Positions 10,557 to 19,159 of a stretch of DNA of 64,000 bases are shown here, piece by piece. How positions within the stretch are numbered: position 1 is the stretch's first letter; every line of letters begins with the position of its first letter. The notes beneath the pieces were generated by a model that was given only the letters and a program-made list of their open reading frames with translations, made no database searches and was not told the DNA's origin. The stretch spans positions 45,009 to 109,008 of the forward strand of contig CAYSHM010000002.1 of assembly GCA_964430885.1 (NCBI GenBank), read 5' to 3'. Source of the DNA: an uncultured archaeon (lineage in GTDB: Archaea; Thermoplasmatota; Penumbrarchaeia; JASLWR01). Position numbers and translations under genes: made by a program.

Positions 10557-11264
10557 TCAGAATGAATCTACAATCTCATTGACCCCGATAATTTCCTTTT
10601 TCCTGTCTTTGGCCAAATTGTCGGCCTTCAATAATATATTCTTGATCCTTACCTGGTCTATTGTATCCTGTAATTTGAGCATAATTTCCTTTAATTCCTG
10701 AAATTTCATATTGCTCCTTATTCCGTTCTCCAATCCTAGAATTAACTCCTCCATTTCATTTTCCAGATACAATCTCAATTCAGTAATACCTTCGGACCTG
10801 ATCTCACGTTTTGTGTAGCATTTGGCAATTCTAATTAAGGCGATATCATCAACATATTTGTCCGCTATTACCGCTTCATCCTCAATCTCCTCCAAATGCC
10901 GTCTCATGAGTGTTTTGTTGTTGTTCTGAAGAGCGTGTTTCTCTCCGATTTTAACTATCTTCCGAATTACTTTCTCCGCTTCTACCCTAGCCCGGTTCAC
11001 AGCTGAGGATCCGATCCGCATATTTTTTTCATATTTCATCATCACTTCCTTAACTCTATTGTTGGAAAGATGGGGGTTAATATCTGCAAGGGTCTTTGCT
11101 TCGGGAGAATCATTTAGAGTTTGGGATTTCATAACAAGTGTTGATTCCCTGATATGCTCCTCTGCCTTTTCCTTCAGGAATCCTTTAAAATCCTTTGATA
11201 TATTTAGAGTTGTGATGGTTTTTGCTATGTTGGTTATTCTGCCTACAGAGAGTTCATCTGCCAT
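10557..11264 (-). CDS. Multi-histone-fold protein (probable histone triplet)
   Basis: Three segments follow the archaeal histone pattern: ELSVGRITNIAK..NISKDF..KTL; LSNNRVKEVM..RIGSSA..HALQNNNKTLMRRHL; IALIRIAK..EIRSEG..ADNLAKDRKKEIIGVNEI. Confidence 0.7.
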   Translation of the reverse strand: MADELSVGRITNIAKTITTLNISKDFKGFLKEKAEEHIRESTLVMKSQTLNDSPEAKTLADINPHLSNNRVKEVMMKYEKNMRIGSSAVNRARVEAEKVIRKIVKIGEKHALQNNNKTLMRRHLEEIEDEAVIADKYVDDIALIRIAKCYTKREIRSEGITELRLYLENEMEELILGLENGIRSNMKFQELKEIMLKLQDTIDQVRIKNILLKADNLAKDRKKEIIGVNEIVDSF

Positions 11265-11325
11265 TTTTCCCCTCGAGTGATAGTTTATTCAAAGTGGTAG
11301 TTTTATTAAGAAGTTTTAGTGGAAA

Positions 11326-12432
11326 TCAAATTCCAATAGCTGACAGGCTTATATGCCAACCCATGAACATTCCAACAACTGCTATTAGATACAACAATAT
11401 TAGAACACTTCCTTCCCACCTAACTAACTTCAGATCAGTTATCATGAACAATATTGCAACTGTGCATGCTACAAGGGTAATAGGGGCCAGGAAATAGAAA
11501 ACAGTGACGCTTTCCAATACCACAATAGGATTGAAAATGCTTGCAATTCCAATAGAAAATAGAGGATCGGTGATATTGGAGCCTATAAGGGTGCCGAGTG
11601 CCAGGGACTTTGCTTTCTTGATAGCTACACCTGCGACGATAAGTTCTGGAACAGATGTCCCGAAAGCGGTGATGGAGGTGCCGATTATACTTTCCTCCAT
11701 ATTGAACTTCTCTGATATAGTACTGGCCGAATCCACCATTTTATTGGCACTGAATATTACAAACCCCAATCCCAGAGCCAGGAACAGGATTGCAATACCC
11801 AGACCCATACCCATCTCGTCCTTTTCATTATCCAAGTCGTCATTGGGTTTATCATCATCCATCCCTTTTTTCCTGAAATATATCAGAAGGTATGCCAGAT
11901 AAGCTAGATAGATCAAAATAAGTATGATCCCCTGCCATGTTTGAAGTGTTTTATCCCAGGCAGTAAAGAGTGTGAGAAGGAATACGGCCCCCAGCATGCA
12001 CAACCCATCCCTTTTGATGACTGTTGCATCGGTTTTAATGGGACAGAAAAGCACCACTATTCCCAGTATGAAGGTGATCTGAACCAGAACACTGCCGTAT
12101 ATATTTCCTATTGCCAGGTCTGCGTGTCCATGGTATGACGCAGTAGCAGTAGAAGCGATCTCCGGAACAGAGGTTCCAATTGAAACGATCGTTAGACCAA
12201 CAATGAACTCGGAAAGACCCAGCCGTTTAGCAACCGCTTTAGCGCCTTCAAGAAACAAATCGGCTGAGGTTATGATCAATAAAAGGGAGAACAGAAGTAT
12301 CATACAGTAAATAATGACATTTCTGAATTTTGCAGCCAGAATTACCATGACAAGTAGGATCAGGAAGGATAGTATGGATAGGACCATATCCCGGTATTCC
12401 CAATTGGTGAATTTCTTAAAAACAGAGGTCAT
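11326..12432 (-). CDS. Ca2+/Na+ antiporter (CaCA, YrbG-like)
   Basis: Two alpha repeats, GTSVPE..GNIYGS and GTSVPE..GTLIGSN; about 11 TM helices. Confidence 0.93.
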   Translation of the reverse strand: MTSVFKKFTNWEYRDMVLSILSFLILLVMVILAAKFRNVIIYCMILLFSLLLIITSADLFLEGAKAVAKRLGLSEFIVGLTIVSIGTSVPEIASTATASYHGHADLAIGNIYGSVLVQITFILGIVVLFCPIKTDATVIKRDGLCMLGAVFLLTLFTAWDKTLQTWQGIILILIYLAYLAYLLIYFRKKGMDDDKPNDDLDNEKDEMGMGLGIAILFLALGLGFVIFSANKMVDSASTISEKFNMEESIIGTSITAFGTSVPELIVAGVAIKKAKSLALGTLIGSNITDPLFSIGIASIFNPIVVLESVTVFYFLAPITLVACTVAILFMITDLKLVRWEGSVLILLYLIAVVGMFMGWHISLSAIGI

Positions 12433-12509
12433 CCATCATCACTCATATCTTCTTATTAATTAAGGGTTTTCTAAAAATGTGATATTATTTGCAATCAAGG
12501 TAATCCCTG

Positions 12510-13439
12510 TTATTTCAATTTTAATTTACTTTCTTTTCGGCCAAGTACTACCACTCTAGAAGCTTTCTGTTCGCCGAGTATGGTCATGTCAGTTCTTCTA
12601 GCTATGTCCTCAGCAAACTCGTGGATCTCCTGGTGAGAGGGCATATTATCAATGGTCATCCTTCTTCTGGAATATCCAACGAATACATAGCCTTTAGGTT
12701 CAACAAAATCCGGTTTCGCCCTTTTAATTAGGGCGGCATATTGGTCCTCAAATCCCAAGTTATAACCTTTGACCAGGGTATGTCTGATAACTGTGCGGGT
12801 GTTCAGATGGGGAAGGATCTCCAGGGTTTGATTTAATGATTTCCAGGAGGCCGATGGATCAATGGGAACGCAAACCCTCCTGAATAATTCCTTGTTTGGA
12901 GCATCAACACTCACATAAAGTTGTGTTGGGAGTGGTTCCAACTTTTCCAGAAACTCGGGGAAAGTGCCGTTTGTTACCAGAAAGGTTGTCATGTTCCTGC
13001 TGTGGCAGAGTTCTATGAACTCTCCGAGCCTGGGATACAAGGTGGGTTCCCCGGAAAGGGAAATGGCGACCATATTGGGATTCCGTGCTTCTTCATACAT
13101 CTCAGGAGAGCATTTGGGATTTCCCTTATATCCGGTTATGAGTCTTCTCTGTCCCTCGATGAGTCCGTCAAGTATGGCCTCAGGATCGTCATATTTATCC
13201 AGGAATAATTGGTTCTGTCCCTGAAACCTCCAGCAGAAAAGACATTTCTGGTTGCATTGATTCACTGCAGGTGTCATCTGGAGGCATCGATGACAGCTTA
13301 TCCCATAGAACCTCTCCTTGTAGCAGCTCCTGCCGCTTGTCAATTTTTCCCTAAGCCAATGACAGAGCTTTACAGCACTGTGATCACCAACCACATGGTA
13401 CTGCTGTTTCTCTAGGATTTTTTTAATGTTATCTTCCAT
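12510..13439 (-). CDS. taw1: 4-demethylwyosine synthase Taw1/Tyw1 (radical SAM)
   Basis: HSAVKLCHW, CYKERFYGI.CHRCLQMTP, CNQKCLFCWR, AISLSGEPTLYP, VEPKGY. Confidence 0.96.
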   Translation of the reverse strand: MEDNIKKILEKQQYHVVGDHSAVKLCHWLREKLTSGRSCYKERFYGISCHRCLQMTPAVNQCNQKCLFCWRFQGQNQLFLDKYDDPEAILDGLIEGQRRLITGYKGNPKCSPEMYEEARNPNMVAISLSGEPTLYPRLGEFIELCHSRNMTTFLVTNGTFPEFLEKLEPLPTQLYVSVDAPNKELFRRVCVPIDPSASWKSLNQTLEILPHLNTRTVIRHTLVKGYNLGFEDQYAALIKRAKPDFVEPKGYVFVGYSRRRMTIDNMPSHQEIHEFAEDIARRTDMTILGEQKASRVVVLGRKESKLKLK

Positions 13440-13500
13440 AGTGAAGGCGGTAGCAATCTCCCTACATTAAAACATTATCATTCTAGTTTTACGGCTATAA

Positions 13501-13545
13501 GAAAAAGAAATGGGATATGATTGATTTTATCCATTACCACATCCC
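13501..13545 (-). terminator. Putative hairpin plus U-rich terminator after the PGF-CTERM gene
   Basis: Minus-strand GGGATGTG pairs with CATATCCC (one G-U pair), followed by ATTTCTTTTTC. Confidence 0.45.
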
Positions 13546-13576
13546 GAAAATTCATAATTTCTAACGTGTTTGATCT

Positions 13577-16285
13577 TTATTTTCTTCTCAGGTGCACAGC
13601 ATATATGAGACATAGAATCATTGATAATCCCAGAACCAATAAACCAAACCCTGGTGAATCCGATGGTTTATTTTTTACAACCAACCAAAAGGTATGAGTG
13701 TCTGTTCCGCCATTGGTGTCGGTTACAGTGACAACTATGGTATAATTCCCCGAATCCAGCCTGGTAATAAAGGTCTGATTATCAAATGTTCCATCCACAC
13801 CCTGTATTTCCCAAGAGTATGTGAGTTCTTCACCATCAGGATCATCAGCATCGATATATAAGCTGATCTCATCCCCTTCCTTGAAACTAAGATCGGGTGT
13901 CGGCAGTAAAGAATCTATATCGATTCCAGGAAGTCTATTTACATTGTTAATATTCAGTTCCCATGTATTATTGACAACCTTGCCGTTTGAAATTATATTG
14001 ACCTTGACAACATGCGTAACACCGTCGGCACTCTTATAATCAGGTATGAATGTGTAGTTGTCCCCGATAGCATTGGTAATACTTCTTCCGTCGAGGAACC
14101 ATTCATAGATTACGCTGTCCCCGTCAGGATCCGTGATTTCAACCTCGAATTTGACTTCAGTCTCTTCATCAGTAGTGTGAAGGTTTTCATCTGGAGTCCT
14201 TTGATCAACTATAGGTAACCGGTCCACATTATTGACGGTTATGGTCCAAGTTGTAGAGTTTACTATACTTGAATTGGTTTCATCGGTGACATTAACCTTG
14301 ATGATGAAAAGGCCTGCACTATCATAACCAGTTTCAAATAGGAATGTGTTGTCATCTTGACCTTGAATTTCCTGCCCGTTTACGATCCATTGAATTTCGG
14401 GATCAGTCCCATCCCCGTCGGAAACCTCGATTTCAAATGAAATACTTTCGGTCTCATTGATTGACAAGGACTCTGCTACAGGTTCTTCTATTTCAATTTC
14501 AGGAATGAGGTTCACATCCAGAATTGTAAGGTTCCACATTTTAATTACATCATAGTCCCCGTCGCTGATCTCAACACTGATCTGATAAAACCCTGCACTA
14601 TACAAGCTGATGTAGGTGGATTCTAAAACAAATGTATCCTCGTCAGCGCCATTTATTACCGCACCATTTATCTCCCATGTATAATCCAGTTCCAAAGGTT
14701 CTTCATCATCCACATCTACGCTGAATGATTTTGTTTCACCTTCGTTGATTTCCAGATCCTCCGTGAAAGGTGATGAAGATAGAATTTCAGGCGGGAGGTT
14801 TCCAGGTTCGAAATGTATATCCAGTTCATAGTTGCCTGAACCATAATTTCTATTAATTAGTATGTAATACAATTCACCAGCTCTTGTATCTGGGCAGGTG
14901 AATTCTACTTCTTCAGTACCTCCAGTATTATTTGATAGGTCTACATTGTCATCATCTGAATCGTTCAGATATAATTCGAACTCATTCGGCACATCATATG
15001 CCAATGTCAAATCAATATAATCTCCAGGGCTCAGATAGACCGCGAAGTAATCCTGATTGTCCAGGCCGAAATATAGATCCCCCTCTATGGGATTATTCAA
15101 TGGGAGGATGAGATCTTGAGCATGGCCGGTATCATCATTGTTATCCGGTGAATAACTTGCGATGGATAGAGTATATGCTCCATCTCCTTCCTTGGACCAG
15201 ACTTCAATATAATATGTAGAAGTATCATCCGCTTCAAATCCGAATAATTCGTCTACGCCTACACCGGGTTTAGCACTGCCAGTAATCGGGAAAAACGCAT
15301 CTGGTTCATCATATAGATATAGATGAAAATCCGCAGTGTTCGGAACATCTAATGTAACTATGATTTGATCTTCTTCATTGAGGTCAATAGAATACCAATC
15401 CGAGGAGTCGGGGCCTTTCATAAGGTCACCGGATTCGGAATCCCCGAATGAAATGGCTGTGGCATTTCCTGCATCGTTATCACTATCTGGTGTATAATTG
15501 CCGGTTTGTGTTACTGTAAGAGAATAATCACCTAAACCTTCCCAGGCTACACATCTTATGAAGTAGTAACCGTTTTCCTCAGCCCCGAAAACAACTTCCT
15601 CATATCCTCCCATCTGGGTGTCAATGCTGGACCCTACGAGTATCAAATTAGGATCACCTACATATAGGTCAAAGTCGCCCGTGGGGGGAACAGTCATATT
15701 GGCCGTGATCACGTCACCCGTTGTGAGGGATATTTTGTACCAATCCTCTGCATCCCCTCCGTCCTTGTCCATGTCGCTGTTTACAGTATCACCTTTAGAT
15801 ATTTCTGTAGCATTATCTGGGTCATTGTCGCCATCGTCCACAAATCCTCCCTCATCGAACATTTTCAATGTATAACCACCGGTCCCCTCGTATGCGTAAA
15901 CCTCGATATAATAATCGCCATCATAGGTGGTTCCGAAACTGCATTCTTCAAATCCAGTCACATCTTCGCTGGACTCTATAACATGGTTTTGATCGTTCTC
16001 CCAATCACCTGTGGCGAATTCATCATAGATATAAAGGTCAAAATCCGCACCTGGGGCAACAGTAAGGTTTACTCGGATCAATTTTCCATTGGTCAATACC
16101 GCTTTATACCAATCAGATGTGTCGGTATTTTCATCAACCGTGTCTACTTTGGTATCTCCAGGGGCGATTGCCTGTGCCGTGGCCGGAGATTCATCATTGG
16201 CTCTGCTGGCAAAGGAACTCCCTAAGCCCAGCATTCCTGTTATTATAAATATTATTCCGATAATAATTGCAGTTCTTTTTACCAT
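13577..16285 (-). CDS. Secreted surface protein with about four PPC (pre-peptidase C-terminal) domains, Ig/PKD-like repeats and a PGF-CTERM archaeosortase signal
   Basis: Repeated DWY..L..G..I...L..P...DFDLY..G.YYI.V motifs; NxxP..D.DGD.L.Y.W Ig repeats; C-terminus DSPGFGLLVLGLSMILCLIYAVHLRRK. Confidence 0.88.
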   Translation of the reverse strand: MVKRTAIIIGIIFIITGMLGLGSSFASRANDESPATAQAIAPGDTKVDTVDENTDTSDWYKAVLTNGKLIRVNLTVAPGADFDLYIYDEFATGDWENDQNHVIESSEDVTGFEECSFGTTYDGDYYIEVYAYEGTGGYTLKMFDEGGFVDDGDNDPDNATEISKGDTVNSDMDKDGGDAEDWYKISLTTGDVITANMTVPPTGDFDLYVGDPNLILVGSSIDTQMGGYEEVVFGAEENGYYFIRCVAWEGLGDYSLTVTQTGNYTPDSDNDAGNATAISFGDSESGDLMKGPDSSDWYSIDLNEEDQIIVTLDVPNTADFHLYLYDEPDAFFPITGSAKPGVGVDELFGFEADDTSTYYIEVWSKEGDGAYTLSIASYSPDNNDDTGHAQDLILPLNNPIEGDLYFGLDNQDYFAVYLSPGDYIDLTLAYDVPNEFELYLNDSDDDNVDLSNNTGGTEEVEFTCPDTRAGELYYILINRNYGSGNYELDIHFEPGNLPPEILSSSPFTEDLEINEGETKSFSVDVDDEEPLELDYTWEINGAVINGADEDTFVLESTYISLYSAGFYQISVEISDGDYDVIKMWNLTILDVNLIPEIEIEEPVAESLSINETESISFEIEVSDGDGTDPEIQWIVNGQEIQGQDDNTFLFETGYDSAGLFIIKVNVTDETNSSIVNSTTWTITVNNVDRLPIVDQRTPDENLHTTDEETEVKFEVEITDPDGDSVIYEWFLDGRSITNAIGDNYTFIPDYKSADGVTHVVKVNIISNGKVVNNTWELNINNVNRLPGIDIDSLLPTPDLSFKEGDEISLYIDADDPDGEELTYSWEIQGVDGTFDNQTFITRLDSGNYTIVVTVTDTNGGTDTHTFWLVVKNKPSDSPGFGLLVLGLSMILCLIYAVHLRRK

Positions 16286-16533
16286 ATTCTCACTCCTAAT
16301 AGTTATTAACGGCCTTAATATGACTCTGGATTATCAACAAACCGTTCAACATATCATAATTAGAATAATAAAGAGATATTAATTAATTGTGCTGGGATTT
16401 CAAGATGTTATATCATCTATCTTATGGATAAATGTGAGTTATGCTTCAATAGTTGAGGTTAATTTAATTTAGTTTGATTGGACTTTCACCCCCAAAATCC
16501 ATTTTTTCAATAGTTTAATCGGAGGAGTCATAG

Positions 16534-17340
16534 ATGAGCAGCAGTGAGGTAGAAAACATCTTGGTTATGGGTAAGAGCGGAGCTGGCAAACAGCCGCGCA
16601 TAGACGTTCTAGTTGATGAGTTCGGTCTTGAACAGATATCTACGGGGGATATCTTCAGACACTATATCGGTATTGTGAACAAGTCGGGTTATAAACCTGA
16701 TTACAATGCTATTTGGAACGAAGATATGGATTGGTTCGTTGATGATCATGAAATACAAGCTTTGATAAAGAAGCAGATCAATGTAAAGAGAGAGGATATG
16801 GACGATCTTGTTCTTGGTCTGAAGGCCAAATACTTTGTGGAAAGCGGTAAATATGTACCCGATAGGATAACCAATTCCCTTTTCGAAAACTTTTTTTCCA
16901 GGTCAAATTACCGAGGGAAGGTGATTGATGGCTATCCCCGTACCCTTGGACAGGCGCAATACCTTCTTGAGCTAGCCCAAGAAAAATCCTTTTCTATAGA
17001 TCTGGGGGTACTTGTGGAAAACGATGACGAAAAGATCCTCGGCAGATTACTTGGCAGACGAATTTGTCCAAGCTGTAAAAAGGTATATCATATGGAGTTC
17101 AAACCGCCCAATGATGGTAAATTCTGCAAGGTATGCGCATCTGAGGTTATAATCAGGTCCGATGACACTGAGGAAAAGATAGAAGCAAGATTGAACGAAT
17201 TCAGGGAAAAGACCGCGCCTGCCATAGAGTATCTTGTAGAAAATGGTCTGCAGGTAGTAGGAGTTCCGGGCCATCTTGAGGAATTCACACCTGAAAACGT
17301 TAGGGAGAGCGTTATGGTAGAGGTGAACAAGGTCATATGA
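16534..17340 (+). CDS. adk: Bacterial-type adenylate kinase family protein with a Zn-binding LID and a variant P-loop
   Basis: ISTGDIFR, G.YVPD, IDGYPRT..QA, GRRICPSC..YH..CKVC..RSDD; P-loop GKSGAGKQP; GGAGG RBS. Confidence 0.85.
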   Translation: MSSSEVENILVMGKSGAGKQPRIDVLVDEFGLEQISTGDIFRHYIGIVNKSGYKPDYNAIWNEDMDWFVDDHEIQALIKKQINVKREDMDDLVLGLKAKYFVESGKYVPDRITNSLFENFFSRSNYRGKVIDGYPRTLGQAQYLLELAQEKSFSIDLGVLVENDDEKILGRLLGRRICPSCKKVYHMEFKPPNDGKFCKVCASEVIIRSDDTEEKIEARLNEFREKTAPAIEYLVENGLQVVGVPGHLEEFTPENVRESVMVEVNKVI

Positions 17341-17731
17341 TAAGGTTTGGGCCAAATAACTGCCATACCGATTCAACGGAAATGTTTCTACGTTTGAAGT
17401 GCTTAGCCAGAAGAAATATATCTCTTGCTACGATCTTCAAGGCTCCCTGGCCAAAAATAGGGTCGGGTATAACTGCTTCTATCTTGATTATGGACCATCC
17501 GGAATTTTTACCGTCTTTGCTTATACTAGCAAAATAATGAACTCTGTTATATTTTTTCATGACCGACCCGGGTCCCTTTATTTGGAAGGTCCCCCACAGC
17601 TCCTTGGGGAGTTCGTTGGATTTCAATTTCTTATCTTTATAAGGAAGGCCTTTCCACAGCTTCCAGATTATTTTGCCAGCTTCCTCTCTATCAATAGCCA
17701 CCCTTATTTTTCTTGATGTACCTGAAGTCAT
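17333..17731 (-). CDS. Hypothetical protein, basic, 132 aa
   Basis: Most plausible ORF in the gap, convergent with adk; no family recognised. Confidence 0.6.
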   Translation of the reverse strand: MTSGTSRKIRVAIDREEAGKIIWKLWKGLPYKDKKLKSNELPKELWGTFQIKGPGSVMKKYNRVHYFASISKDGKNSGWSIIKIEAVIPDPIFGQGALKIVARDIFLLAKHFKRRNISVESVWQLFGPNLII

Positions 17732-17911
17732 GCTATTTCCATTCCATGGCCAGTTGGATATTTTTTATTGATGTTATGGTATTGATGGAACATAATTTTT
17801 CAATAATATATCATTATGAGGCCTCTTTCCTAGGCCTATAATACAACATACTATATTTTAGGTTTTTCTGGTATCAACAGAATAATATAATTTGAATTTA
17901 TTCACCCCACC

Positions 17912-19102
17912 ATGGAGAAGCGGAAAGTGATAGTTGTGGGTGCGGGTCCGGCAGGCAGTCTGGTTGCCAGATATTTATCGAAACGTGGGATCGATACCCT
18001 TATTATAGAAGAACACCCAGTCCCCGGCCTTCCAATTCAATGCGCAGGTCTCATATCACCCGAAACATACGAAAAATCCGGTGCCTTATCCCAAATATAT
18101 GCCTCTATAAAAGGCGGGAGGGTAGTTTCGCCCTCGGGTCACAGTTTGCATTTCCGTTCAGCCGAGACCAAAGGATTGGTCATAGACCGCTCCGAATTTG
18201 ATTCATCGCTTTTGAAAATGGCTGTAGATGCGGGATCTGATTTTTATCCGAGTACACGTTTGGTAGACATTGGGGAGGATGATGAAGGATACACATTGAT
18301 ATGTGAAAATCTCCATGGCTCCATGGGACTGAGATGTGAGTACCTGGTAGGCGCGGATGGTCCAGGTTCCACAGTAAGGACTAAGCTGGATTTCCCCAAG
18401 CCCCGTGAATTCATAATTGGATATCAAGAAGTAGGTAGTGGTGCACTAGTTTGTTCGGATGAGGTAACTGTATTTATGGGAAATAGCATTACTCCCGGTT
18501 TCTTCTCATGGATCATACCTTTGGGAAATGATAAGTACCGCTTTGGAATAGGGGTGGCTGAAGGAGTGGGTGCCCCCTACAAATGGTACAAAAAATTACT
18601 GGGAAACCCCATTGCCGCTCCTTTCCTTTCTGATTTCAAAACCGAAAAATCAAATGCCGGTAGGATACCAATTGGAATTCTCAATAGATGTGTTAAAGGA
18701 AAATGTGGTTTGATCGGTGACAGTGCAGCAATGGGAAAACCAATTTCGGGAGGTGGAATATATCCAATATTGAGGGCTGCGCCGGTTCTTGCCAAGGCCA
18801 TTTCAGTCAGCATTGAAAGCCCCCCCGATCAGCAAGATTTGATAGAATATCAGAAATGGGTAGGTCGGCATCTTGCAGGCCAAAATCACCGAGGGATGTT
18901 TGCAAGAAAGATCTACAAAAAATATCCTGAGAAAAATTACGGAAAGGTATTTGAAATATTAGGAAATGAGCGGGTATTGAAATATGTGGGTAAAAAGGGT
19001 AATATCGATCGTCCACTTGATCTAGCAGCCGGTGTGTTTTTCAGGGCTCCCAAATTGGCTACTTTGGGGATATCAGGTTTTTCATCCTTGTTTGGTAATT
19101 AA
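17912..19102 (+). CDS. Geranylgeranyl reductase family flavoprotein (digeranylgeranylglycerophospholipid reductase-like)
   Basis: VIVVGAGPAG, QCAGL, IDRSEFD, VGADG, FSWIIP, IGDSAAMGKPISGGGI. Confidence 0.9.
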   Translation: MEKRKVIVVGAGPAGSLVARYLSKRGIDTLIIEEHPVPGLPIQCAGLISPETYEKSGALSQIYASIKGGRVVSPSGHSLHFRSAETKGLVIDRSEFDSSLLKMAVDAGSDFYPSTRLVDIGEDDEGYTLICENLHGSMGLRCEYLVGADGPGSTVRTKLDFPKPREFIIGYQEVGSGALVCSDEVTVFMGNSITPGFFSWIIPLGNDKYRFGIGVAEGVGAPYKWYKKLLGNPIAAPFLSDFKTEKSNAGRIPIGILNRCVKGKCGLIGDSAAMGKPISGGGIYPILRAAPVLAKAISVSIESPPDQQDLIEYQKWVGRHLAGQNHRGMFARKIYKKYPEKNYGKVFEILGNERVLKYVGKKGNIDRPLDLAAGVFFRAPKLATLGISGFSSLFGN

Positions 19103-19159
19103 TAAGTATCCATTACAAAACTGGCAATAATCTAAATTTCACTGAATGTCATTATAAAT

